A DNA stretch of 64,000 nt. Origin: Phoronis australis (lineage: Eukaryota; Animalia; Phoronida). The notes below the pieces were generated by a model. It made no database searches, was not told the DNA's origin, and saw nothing but the letters and a program-made list of their open reading frames with translations. Shown here piece by piece: positions 1 through 12,665 of the stretch (position 1 is the first letter of the stretch; each line of letters opens with the position of its first letter). The DNA lies in assembly GCA_002633005.1 (NCBI GenBank), contig NMRA01000230.1, positions 187,453 to 251,452 on the forward strand, written 5' to 3'. The translations under genes were made by a program, and so were the position numbers.

Positions 1-805
1 GGCGAGAACGTCATTTCGGTGCTCGGAGAAAAGTGAGAACGGTGCAGAGGGAGCATTTAAGCAATTAAAAATTGCAAGATGGACATTACAAAAAGCTTAA
101 AACAGCACTGCATTGTAGTTGACGATGCAAAAACAGGCAGTAAAGAAATGCGCTTGTCAACTTCGTTGCTGTGGATGAAAAATGATGTGGTCCTCGTAAC
201 CTACAAACAATTGACAATTACCCCTGCCTTTCTCACTGTATAAGCGTTATAAGGAATTAGTCTTTTGACGCTGGATTCCACGAGCTGTAAACTTATACCT
301 TTTTGACTACCTGAAGAAGCGCTGGCTGCTTAGCGTGACTGCAAAGAGCTAGGCCGCGACCGTCATTGTCTGCCACCTAAAAGACGGTCTACAGAACCGT
401 GTTTGCACGGAGCAGAGAAAAGTAGTTCGAGGACAATGGTTATTGCACGGGAATCGAGCGCCGACATAATAGGAATGTCGGTTTATTCACTTATAAAATC
501 GAGATTTCCTGCCTATACAATTCTCCATTGCCGATCTTACAGAAAATTTCATTTTTCGGTATTCACGTTATTTTTCCAAACGATTGCTCATTGGCTTTGT
601 CTGAAATACGTGCATATAAATTAACATGAGCAAGATAGCTTTTAGATTTCTTGCAAATTAACATGTCTGTGCTTTTTGTAGAGGTTTATGCCTTACAAAA
701 TGTTAAATGCGTGTTAGGATACTGCAGACGTGCTTGTTCGCTTCAGCCTAGCATTCTGTAGATAATGTTTTCTAACTCGATTGTGGATACCAGTCCATAG
801 CTTAC

Positions 806-959
806 CAATGGCGGATTTAAGGGGGGGAAAGGGGGACCCCCCCCGTAAATTTCTCCCAAATTCCAAGTGGCAGTTTGGGGGTGCGAATGTCTGACGGGCA
901 AAACCCTGGCTAATACTCTGTCCTGTCCCCCCCAACACAAAATCCTGGATCCGCCCCTG
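806..959. mobile_element. MITE family A copy (TIR CAGGGGCGGAT/CAGTGGCGGAT type, 5-bp TSD CTTAC)
   Basis: Ends are caatggcggattt...gatccgcccctg, flanked by cttac at 801-805 and 960-964. Internal sequence is shared with the copy at 23170-23325. Confidence 0.75.
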
Positions 960-2030
960 CTTACACTGTGATCCGCCCCTGCTTACGGTGTGCTCATGGC
1001 CACTTTGCACCACCCCCATCAGAGCGAACCTGACAGATGGTCATTTACGCGCCGCATTTATGGAATAACCATCTTGTAACCGACAAAGTTGGTTTATTCC
1101 TGAGTCAGTGTACCATCCTGTTCTATGACAGCGTGCAAAGTGTTTTGTTTCGAGCGACTGGAACTCACAGTCGACACCTCATATGTCTTATCAAAATGTT
1201 TGATGAAAAAGAATATTTATGTGCTAAGAGACTTCCGGTCGGTTGCTTTCATCATATAAATGCATTGTTTAAGGCACTGACCACGGACAAAGCAATGACG
1301 TCAATATACTGAATGCCATAGACATGACCAATTCAAATACAGTCCTGGTATTCCGGTTCCCATGATGCACCAGTAGATCTAGGATGCCACAACTAGGGGG
1401 AACAACCCAGAAAAAATATCCGTGCCACACCTAAAAATAGCATGCCGGTGTTCCTTTTAATTGTGTAGTTAGGGATGACACAGAGTTGCTACAGAAACCA
1501 GTTTCAGCTTTTTTAATGGTTTGAACTGCTTGGGAGTGAAACTAGACAAAATTGCATTTGATTTCACATGATTTTGAATTTTCACACAGTTACGTTGAGG
1601 TCACTGACATGGTCGTCCGACAAGCAAAAATTCAGACGTTCGCTGGACAACAATTAAATTTTCCGCGATAACAGTCAGCCAAAGCAGTCAAGGATTGGCG
1701 TCTTTTGGGACTTGCTTGTATCAAAATCAAAAATCGCGGTTCATATCACTATGCATGTGTATAACTTACTAAAATAGATTTCGGTTACGACAAGACTCGG
1801 ATGCTTCCGTCAGGTTTGGGGTAACCTGCAACAAACGGGCTTTGTGTTTGCCCATGAAAAAATGGCTGCCAGGTCGAGTCCAGTTACGTCTTTCCGACAT
1901 GTTTGGATTTTCAGTTGTGGAGAACACTGGCAACTGTAGTATAGCACGTTACACATACTGTACGTCATAACATCATGAAAGTGTCACACATGAAAACATG
2001 AATGCGATTCTAGATATGATCAATCTTTTT

Positions 2031-2165
2031 GGACCTACGTTAGGACCTAAATAAAATCTAGTCAAAGACATCTGTTTTCATTAAAAATACAAAGCAATGT
2101 CTAACGTAATCTCGCGAAGTCTTGCTCTTTAGCGAGGTCCTCGTGTTACTGAGCGGGGGGCAGGA
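2031..2165 (+). repeat. Dispersed repeat, second copy at about 3985-4122
   Basis: ggacctacg(t/c)taggaccta...ctagtca...cgtaatctc...ttttagcgaggtcct appears at both positions. Confidence 0.6.
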
Positions 2166-4256
2166 AAACCTAGGCGTGACAGTGCTTAGGCCTCGGTTCG
2201 CTTTTTGCAAAAATGGACAAAAATGGACTTATCCGTAGCACTGCAACAAAAAATGGAATAAAGGTTGAGATCTTGGCCATTTACCTCTACGATAAAAGTA
2301 CTTTTAACGAGAACAACACTGCGGAACCCCCACAGTCTAGTCATGGGCGTAGGTTCTGATCGTCCTCTCGGTCAAGTGCTGTATTACCCGATAAGTTACC
2401 TTCCGTGGCGAACCGACGATTGCTGTTATCCATTCTTAACTCATCGGGTAATACCGTACTTCACCCAGAAGCTACCCACGTGACCTGCTCTACTGGAATT
2501 GCGACGCATCGGCCTTTTGGGAAGATGTTCGTGTTTTTATAGTAAATTTGTTGAGAACTCGCTGGAGCAGGACGCTGTAAATGCTATCAGGAGAAAAAAA
2601 ACATTTGTTCATGGTTTGTTGAATCGCCGGCCTGTTTGTGTAAATTTATTGAGATTTGTGTTTGATTGGACGGCTGAAAAGGAAGCATCCGTGGAATTCG
2701 CATCTTTTAGTTTTATATAGTGCGTTGAGGACGTTTATGAGTCTAGTCGTGGTTTCGAAATTTGTAAATGGACGCGAACGCTGCACACAGAGTACATGTA
2801 CTCGTACGGGGCAGCGAAAGCCGGTGCGCGTAAAATGCCGAGTCTTCACTCGAATTTCAGAAAGTCATTCAATGTTTACATCATTTCTTCAAATTCTATC
2901 GCCACCGAATATTGAACACGCGTCCTAGTAGGCTTAAAAGGTAAAAACAGGCGCCGGACAGATTCCTCGGACCGAACAATATTTGACTTCGAGAAAGAAG
3001 CTTGTTCGCATCATTGGTCCAGATCGACGAACTTGAATTCAATTAATATCCGGGCCTCGTTATCGCGTTTTTAATCACGACTGAATCAAGGGCAAGTCAG
3101 CCACGATGTATATATCATGGTTAACTGTCTGAAGCTTTTGATCTGTGGTGGTCATTTTATTTACACTTGAGAATGAAACAAGTATGTTTCGAAATATCGT
3201 GTGTCTTATAATCATGTCTCTTGGTCAGTCGATTCACCATTGTTGTCCTGAATGCAGATACGAAAGGAACGGAATAAACATTGTTAATAACGACAAGTGT
3301 CGTGTATTCCACCAATTTTCCGTATGGTTAACTTTGCGTAAATACATGGGTTACATATCTCTAGCGATATGGGTTGCCTCAGTAGCTACTGAGACACGGA
3401 GCTTCACGGCCTCTAGATGGATTTTAGGATCGAAAATACATTTACAGGAATTTTGTTCTATATGCGAAAAACTGATTGAAGATATTAGCTTCGACCTGAG
3501 GTGGTTAAGGCAACTAAATTCGTTTGTTGTAATTTTACCATAAATCGCGATTTCTCGTGGTTGACCTCTAGTCATCAATTCTAATAAATTTCACTAACCT
3601 AATCAGTTTAGTACGATTGAGAACCTTAGCTATTTGTCGATTTGCCTTAGCTAATAAGGAGTTCGAATCAGTCTTAAAAACACCTTTCTCGCCGATTGTG
3701 TTACTTTAAGGGATATGCCTACATAATCAGCAGTCTACGTGTCCCCGAGTGAAGGTCAGGCCTACGTCTCGCCAGATGTCACTTCCCAGTTACTAAAAAT
3801 AACGACTTCCTTGAACTACTTCATTGCAAATCCCCCACGCCCTGACAAAATTCAAGGTATCAAAGACACTGAAGCTTATCACCATTTTGTCGGCGGTACC
3901 TATCATAGTTATACTATCTTTAAGAGTACCGGAAGGGACTTCGCTGTCAAGCACTAGACCGGGCGTGCGTTCAATAGACGCCAGGACCTACGCTAGGACC
4001 TACGCTAGGACCTAGCTAAAACCTAGTCAGTCACGTGTTCTCATTTAAACTACACGGCAATATCTCGCGTAATCTCTCTTGCTTTTTAGCGAGGTCCTAT
4101 CCTTTCTGAACAGGAGGCAGGTATGTTCGTTGGACAAGAATGTGGTCTTACGCTCCACATAATATTTCTGGAAAAATTATACTCATTTTAGCAATAGAAC
4201 AAAGTATCTGAGAATATTTCCACTATTGTTAATTAGTGAGAAAATTTGTACAGGTA

Positions 4257-4393
4257 ATTTGCAGGTTGTGTTGCATTAATAATTCAATCACTAAACCTTT
4301 ATTTGCAGGTTGTGTCGCATTAATAATTTCATCACTAAACCTTTATTTGCAGGCTGTGTTGCATTAATAATTTAATCACTAAACCTTTATTTG
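4257..4393. repeat. Minisatellite, about 44-bp unit x3
   Basis: tttgcaggttgtgttgcattaataattcaatcactaaaccttta repeated in tandem. Confidence 0.85.
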
Positions 4394-4831
4394 ACAATTG
4401 TGAAGTGGAAGCGTACATGTCACCAAACTCAAAGACGTTAACTGCTAAACTTGTGATTTAGTTTTAAGTCACTGCTCTTTGTCAGCGCCATATATGGAAG
4501 AGTGGCGCAATTCAAGGACGATGTTATAAAAAAACTTACCCAGTGCAGCCATCCCGCCACCGGTCGTCACGAGGTCGGAGGATCGCGTTATTATGACCAC
4601 TTAAGCTGGTTTGAGGCGAATTAAACAGAATTACACTCATTAATTTTGTACGTCTTAGGTGGATTTTTTGAAAGTGGACAACCAAAAATCACCCTAGAGC
4701 CCATCATCGTGTCAATTTTCAAAAAACAGGCCCGAACCAACATTAACCGAACTACGCATGCCCACCGATAACGAGCTCTATATCTTTTACAACAGCATCC
4801 AGCTGTCCCTAGATGTCCATCTGTCCTTAAC

Positions 4832-7800
4832 ATGGCGCGTCTGGCTGAAATTGGTGTCCTAGTCGCTCTAATTTGCGGCTTTATGCCAGGTGAGTGCATT
4901 TGAGAAAACTTTTCCTCCGGTCCACTAGTGAAAAATGAAAAACGGTAATTTCAAACAACACACAAACTTGCCTTGTATTGATGATAATTGGTTTCTACTA
5001 AGCCCGCTTTTAACATAAACGCTAGCTCAATCTTAAACGTCATTCCTATTTCCTTAATAATCTTTCTAGGCATGGAAGCCATAGCAAGAATATTTGAAGT
5101 GTAATTGTATGATCTGGCTTAAAATTGATGTTTTGGTGATGAGCAGGGAGAAATGCTCCCTTAATGGTGATGCATCATAATTAGAATTCAAATAATAAAC
5201 GCGGCGTCTCAAAACTGGCCACTGGGACTCGTGATTCTCTTCATATACTGTTTCATCATAGGGTAATTTTCACTTAATACGCACAAAGTGACTGAGTCGT
5301 GAGTTTCACTGTAGCTAGGCGCCTTCAGAGATTGTTCAGTCTCGCCTACATAGATTTTTGAAGACTTATTGCATGGCATTGCATATACATAAGCTGTCTT
5401 ATCTTTAGCGGTTGCGCAAGTTTACATGTATGTCTTTAAGTGCCAAAAGGTTTAAGCGCTGTGCCGATACAAATCCTGAATACTGATTGTTCATAGACTC
5501 TTTCTACATAAGGGGTAGTTGTCAATGGTTGATCAGGTACAGGGGCGTCACTTACACTCAGTGGTGTTTTACGGGATGCCGTTTTGCAGGTTTTTTGCTG
5601 GTAACTGTAAAACATCAAGATGTGAGTTCATAACAACATCCAGACGCCCCAATTTTGCTTGGATGGTGATGCACTCATAATAAATGGGGAAAGTAGATTG
5701 AACGTGGTTTAAAGGAATATATTAAAAGATCGAATGTCCCTTTATGAACAGGAAAGGTGGACTTGGATTAAACGTGTCACACTGGGACCGAATATTGTCG
5801 AATATTCCCGCATTCCAGACATGGGCTAACAGATATCATACACAGTAGGCTTAATAAAGTCAGCAACGGCTAATGAAACGTTGACAGTTATTCTCAAATA
5901 AGTCAAGGTTTGCGGGGAGCGCTTGTAGTATGAATAATGTCCTTTTTAATTTACTGCCTCTTTCCACTGTTTACGTTTGCTCTATTCCTAGCTCTAACCA
6001 ATCCAGTGCGTGAAAAGCGTGGGATCTCCAAATTTGGTTTTCTGATTCGATGCGCCACCAACCGGTGGGCCATTGAGTTCAGCGACTACGGCTGCTTCTG
6101 TGGTTATGGCGGCAAGGGAAAACCAGTTGATGCCATTGATAGGTGATAATACTAATAATATACTCTCGTCTTTAGGACGTTTTATGAAAATAAAACAAAT
6201 ATGCTTTCGTTAAACTGTCTAGGAGACAGACGAGATAGTGTCGTCACGTCATCAACTATAGGAATGTTTAGCATGACTTCATTTTGACGTCATTATGACG
6301 TTTTGGACCCAGTGTCTGTTCTCATTTCCGGGTCCAAATTGTGCCTAAAACCATCATTCACGTTGTTTTGACAAGTCACTACACTATCAGTATCATGCAT
6401 TGTCTTCCTCTATAGCACTGCATATCACACTCTAGAATTCAATATCCGAAAAAGGAGAGAACAGAAAGCTACTTTCAAATGAGTTCACAGCCGTCGTGAG
6501 TGTGACGTATGAATGTATCCAGTAACACTGTGTCAGCACGCGAGTGTCTCGCACATACCCCTCCCCTCCACACACACACACACGCGCGCGCGCGCGGGCG
6601 CCTGAAGGAAAGAGATAAAGCCACAGCTTCGGGTCAGATACTATGTTGTCACAACCACAAACTAAAAGCAATCATGGAGCGTAACTAGTGCTGTGATTGG
6701 CTATCCATTAGTGTGTTTCGACCAATAAGTGCTTGTACCCCGAGCTCAGGTAATTAACATAATGTCCATACTGTCAAATAGCGTTTGCAGATGTACATCT
6801 TGTTGACTGCTGGGGTTATTTTTTGTGTTTTTGGTACGAAATTAGTGCATGACCCTTTACATGTGACCTTGACATTTACATCACGCTAGTTCTTGTCAGT
6901 TCTTTTGAGAATGAGAGCACACCTCGAATAATGTCAGGAATATGAAGTTGTGTACTATTTGTCTATTTGTTAAATGTTTGACTGAGCTTCTGCTGAACAG
7001 GTTCTTCCACGTATTTTCTCTGTTCATTTTATTCAATCACGTAGGCCTAATATGATTTCTCTTTGTGTTCTTGTATTATGTTCTACCGTTTACCACTCAG
7101 TGGAAAATAAATCCCATGTTTTCTTGGCTTTTTTATTCATGCAGCGTTATTTTCTATCGATGTTAACCATAATGACCTTATTTCGATTTCAATAGGAGGT
7201 CGCGTTTGCAGTTATGATTTCAAAATTACAAACGCACCGTTGTTTTATTTTATACGTGTACTTCCCCAGTACGGTATACACCATGTCTTGTGGACCTAAA
7301 GATATAATTCAAATAGGAACGTTTTGTTAAAAGGGTCCGTCAAAAATAATTGTTGGATCACTTAGCGTTACGAAGTTGGTCTCCTTATTGTCAAATTAGC
7401 TGTGATTTCTTGCAGTTCAGTGCTGCTCCGTCGAGTCCGTGCTCTTCAAGTCGACTGACTTGTCACGGCGTGTCGTTTTACTCGCCGAGCACAATCTCGA
7501 TTAATATCGAATTGTCAGCTGTTTGCATGACCTTTAACCTGAGTAAGGAACCCGTTGCGCCCTATATTTTAAAGTGGTAAGCTGTCTAAATAAAAAATCA
7601 GTTTCTTTCACAGACGGCAAGGGGCAGGGTCGTTGCCTCCATAACTGTAGTCTGTTCATAAAAAGGTTCACCACCAGATTCTAAAAAATACACAACTCTA
7701 AGACAATGTCAGGCTTTCCTAATCACGTGATGGCTCCCCATACTGTATTTGCTTTGCTAGGTGCTGCCAAATTCACGACGCGTGCTACACTAAAGTGATG

Positions 7801-10800
7801 GACCACGGCTGTGATAGTTTCCGCGGTCCTTACACCTCGAGATACGACTACACGTGTACAGGGAACCAGACAGCATGTGGTAAGTGCCATGGGTCAAACG
7901 ATGACGTAGACTTTGCGTGTCAACAGTTAAGAATTAAGCCTTGACCCGTGTAGCAGCGAAAGGACACCCAGCTAAATCAAGAAAGAGGTCCCTTTAACCT
8001 TGAATGGAAAGTGATATTATAATTCATTTTGCCTTCTCTAAAAAGTATACTTGCACGTAACTGGCCAACGGCTTAATAGTACACTAAACATGAAATATCC
8101 AGAAAGCACGCCCAAAATAGCATGGATCTAATAGTTACGTTAGCGCGTGTGTGAAAAAGCGGGACATTATGTACGTGTGGCGAGATGACGGGAAAATTCA
8201 AAAAGTGAGACGCTCCGCCAAGAGCAGGGAAATAGACAAGTACAGTGTACGCTGCCAGCAACACACAGACTTGGATAGAATTCTTTTATATGGTAAACTT
8301 TTTATTTCTTAATTGTTTTTTTCTTAATTTTACTACACCGGTATTTGTAAATATTACAGATAACACTATTGCTAGGTACACGTAGCTCGGAAATTGGGTG
8401 AACAAAATAAGAAACACCTGGGCAGCAGTTGAACATTGCACGAATGACTTATTATAGAATTATAGAAACATTTGAAAACAGTTATAATATAAATATGCAT
8501 ACACACACACGCAAGACACACAAACACACACGCACGCAGCGACACACACACACACACGCACGCAGCGACACACACACACACACACAGAAACACACTTAGG
8601 TGCTGGTAAAGAATGAAACGTGTGTAAGTGTCGGGTTTGTTGTCTAATTTTGTCGAGAAAGCACTGGTTCTTAGCATCCGTGCCTCAAGACTCTCAACTG
8701 GTAAACAAAAATGAATAAACGAAAATAAAGCAAGTTTGGCTAGAGTTGATTTGATAACTACAACATCTTGTTAAAACCAGTCGAGCACACAACCGGAAAT
8801 TCACTGTGCAAACTTCTCTTATCTAGTCTGGCCGTCGCAAACTCTAAAAACAGATTGAATATATTGGCTTCGAATGCTACAGCTCTGTGATTATAAAGTA
8901 ATACCTTACAGCCATTGCTCCTCTCTAACCCGATGATGGTTCTCAAACCATAAAACGGTATTGGATGGGCAATATTTGATAAAAAGAATGGCTAGCTGGG
9001 TTTGAAGGAGACTGTTTTTTACGTTTCCTATAGCAACCGCTGTTCTATTAGAAGTCGCCAGGTGGCACAAACATATTGGTCTCCAATACTTGGTCAATTT
9101 TAATTGTGTCTACAATTTATTATCAAGCGGTCATTGGCTCATTACCAGATACCACGGGAGTTCGGGTGCGCGCAAGCAGGGGCTCGTAGGGGGGGGGGGA
9201 ATAAACAACGCATAGGCCTTGAACAAACTGAACAAACCCCGTTTACCGTTTTTTTTAGTCAGGTCCGCATTCGAGGCCTGTGCATCTCCACAATTTAGCC
9301 TGGGCGCGCACATCTGCCGAAATTATGGTTATTCCCGTGCCCTGCCCCCCAACCCCTAACTCAAATCCTGGATCCGCCCCTGCATTGCGTCAACAAGTTT
9401 ACGTTTTAGGGTGGCGAGTTTTGGCAACCAACGATAACATTTCGTTGTTACCAGAGGCAGAAAAAGAATCTATTGTGGGTACCGGGAGCTTCAGAAACAA
9501 GGTGTTCCATCGAACTGGAACCGCGGTGTGAAACAGATGTCCCGGAGTTTAAAACAGACTCCCGCACCTTCAAACCGCTAATCACGCCGAAAAACACAGG
9601 AACCCATGGTATCAGACAGGACATCCGGAGACCGAAACACCACTACCGCACTTTCTGTCAGAGTGAATGCGTTGAGTTCAGAAACTCCGATTCAAATTTC
9701 CGTTTTAATAATCGATGAAAAGTTACAGTACACTCTTTAAAGCAAGAACGGTGAAATTGGTGGCGGTGCTGGTCTTTTGAGTGAATAATTCATTTCTCTC
9801 GGTCCATTTCAAAATCTGAAAATTGTGCCGGAAATAATGTACTCTCGACAAGTAAATCGACGAACCCTAAAATGCAGTGAATAGTAAAGATAATCAATTA
9901 AAAGAATTAATCAACAATGGCACTCGAAAGTCGAAATAATATTGTTTTTCGTTTTTAAAGATATTTTGGAAAAAAATTATTATAATCTGAGATTAACTAA
10001 ATATTCACTGAGTAACAACGTGCTGAGAGTATAAATTACGTTGAAGTTTGACCACATAAAAGTTGCATGAGTAGAACTGATAAAAATCAAATAACATAGT
10101 CAATATAATTTAAGTTACGTTTTATCATTGAAACTTTTTAACAAGCAACTGGAAAATACTTGAAGGTTACTGAGAACGGTCTCAGAAAATTTGAAAAATT
10201 ATCCGGGTTTTCTATCCGATCCTTGGGGTTCGTCTTTTAAGGTCGGGGTTCGTGTTTTTCGGACTGGTAAGCTGTTTTGAAGGTGCGGGAGTCTGTTTTA
10301 CACCGGGATTCCAATTTCGATGGAACTCCTTGAGAACAAACTTCGAGTGGTATGGTTAAAAGGGACTCGCCCGTGAGACCACCTGTTGTTGATGCGTGCG
10401 TGCTGCCTACATGTTACTACATTTGACTTCAACGACATCTATACATCAACTTTGCCCGCAAGTGAGAAATTCAGATAAAGCGCACAGTAAAAATTCCAAG
10501 CCCAAAACGACAGTAAATGTGTGTCATATTGTACTATAGGTCACAGAACAGAGAAACTGTTTAATTTCTGAGGACAAAAGACCACTCTGTCTTAGGCGCA
10601 ATGTCAGCCTCACAGAATTAATCATGCAATAGTCAAAAATCGTTGATTTGCCACTTCACCCTTCCTTCCGGTAATGTCTTCCTGGCATTGGTCAAAAGTT
10701 TTGTTTCTCCATTTATAGTTACTGATCCGAAGAAGAACGAATGCGGCTGGATGTCATGTGACTGCGATAAAAAGGCGGCGGACTGTTTTGCTGCTAATCT

Positions 10801-10858
10801 AGACTCATACGATAAGTCACACTACAGCCTCAACGTGAAGAAGCATTGCACGGATTAG
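4832..10858 (+). CDS. Secreted phospholipase A2 (group I/II superfamily, group I-like), 155 aa. Exons 4832-4889, 5992-6142, 7761-7879, 10719-10858
   Basis: GT-AG exons join in frame (468 nt). Signal peptide [20 protein letters not shown], propeptide ending REKR, Ca-binding loop [11 protein letters not shown], catalytic [18 protein letters not shown] (Asp99 equivalent), 14 Cys in the mature chain. AATAAA at 10967. Confidence 0.93.
8500..8595. repeat. (CA)n-rich compound microsatellite (PLA2 intron 3); a shorter (CA)n(CG)n lies at about 6569-6597
   Basis: Read directly from the sequence. Confidence 0.9.
9177..9382. mobile_element. MITE family A copy, inverted relative to 27658-27885
   Basis: Ends ...aatcctggatccgcccctg. 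Internal ggttattcccgtgccctgcccc and aggccttgaacaaac are reverse complements of sequence in the 27658 copy. Confidence 0.7.
9498..10332. mobile_element. Non-autonomous DNA transposon with long imperfect TIRs
   Basis: caaggtgttccatcgaa...aaacagactcccgcaccttcaaa on the left is the inverse of tttgaaggtgcgggagtctgttt...ttcgatggaactccttg on the right. The core is AT-rich with no ORF. Confidence 0.7.
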
Positions 10859-12665
10859 AACTCTGACGTCAAAATGTCATTTTGCCATGGTTAATCATTG
10901 GCCGATGATATGACTGATACGTCTGCCGTTCATGTAATTGTTCTGAGGAGATGGGACAAATGAGAAAATAAAATGTATGACACAATTCTTTCAACTTTAG
11001 ATGAATAATTATAGGCCTGTGCATAGATCACCCACGGACCTATACGAGAGCGACAGGGGCACATATCCCGCTACAGCTTCGTTGCATGACGTCACGCATG
11101 AGTGGTAATGGATTGTAAGAAGCTGAAGGCGCGAAATCGATGACTGTATTTAATGAGAAAGAGTAACGAAGGTTTCCCGGATGACTCGGCCCCTGCACAA
11201 TCGCGCCCGTGAGAACTATGCAATTTTCCTTGGATTAAAACCAAAATTCTCAAAACGAAGAAAATGCGAAAAGGCAAAAATCTCACTGCTGGTACATATG
11301 CTACTGGCATTATATTCGGAGTCTATTTCAATCCTCGAGGTGACATCTGCACTTACATGTAGTTTCCTAATTGCTTATTTGCGTATTTTGGCGCAAACCG
11401 ACGAAGATAATACGTTGTCACTTCTCAACTGTCTCGCGTACTCGCAGTCACATGTGTACATGCGAGCACCCAGTCTTTGATATGAGGGGCTCGAATTTCT
11501 GGCGATGTGGACATTTTGCTGACAAAAAAGCGGGAGGACCAAAAAAAAAAACGGAGTACCATCTTCACTGTGCGTCTGCACCTTTTTAGTAGACTTTAGT
11601 CTCGTTTTCTCGGACTTTTTGATTTTCTGAGGCGTACCTTTTTGCCCACTTCGCCAAATCNCTCGCCCCCCCCCCCTCCCCCAGGATGCGCGCATGGTGA
11701 ACATGTTTCACTTAGAGCTATAAGAGTGGGCGATTCTAGTTGCCTGTCGGTGGAGTTTCAGGGTATTAGTCGGTATTGTGCTGCCGTGACTGAATGACTG
11801 GGTTAGTGTGTAAACTTGGAATCTTCCTTAATCTCAAAATTGCGTATGTGTGAACTTGGAATACACGTACGGCGGTGGAAGCTTTACAAATTCATTCAAA
11901 TAATCACATTCGCGTTAAAAAAAATTTGCACTGCGCTAAATCAAATTACATGTTAATAAAATAATGTAATTGTAACCAATCTCTATTCACGCAAAATCTC
12001 TGATTATTTGGCACAAGTTACGGTAATGAAGAAAATGGACGAACGCGAGGACAATGAAAAATTCTTTAGTGATGTAGTGGTAAAATTAGAGGTAATTAGG
12101 CGTCAAAAGCACATCGTATCACCTTGAGCACTGAATGTAACTTACGTTGCGTAGGCACTACGTTCAAATGCCAAAAGGTGGTTGGCTGCTCCTACGCCCC
12201 ACTACAGCACTGAATTTCACGATTGCCTAAATGAATATTCCATGACCCAAGTTTAAGCGATCTTGTAGTTCACACTGAGACTCAAAAGAGGGCGCTTTAA
12301 ACATAAGACTTGCGGTTCGTCCTCACCAAAATGATTCCTCGCACGGCAGTTGTTCGCTTGAATTTCCGAGGTACGAGATCCGTGTTCGCTGTGAACAGTC
12401 TTTATATCAGTGTGTCCAACCTTAAACAGATAGTCAGCCTTAATCGTGGTAAGTGGGCGCACGCCCTGGCTTAAGGTTTATCGAAAATTTCTCCGTTCGG
12501 CTCCAAGATATCTACCCGCCCCGGCTCCCGACAGGCGGGCGCGCGCCAGATGGACACAGAGAATAACGATCACCACCGTTGTCCGTTTTCACTAAGTTGA
12601 CCGAGGACGTACTCGCGTTCGCCCCTGTGGGAGACGTGTTGCCTTGCGCCGCTTCAGGGAAGAAA

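Noticed and set aside
305-350. CTGAAGA followed by a CGCT/AGCG stem (possible hammerhead)
   Set aside because: The required GAAA core after stem II is missing.
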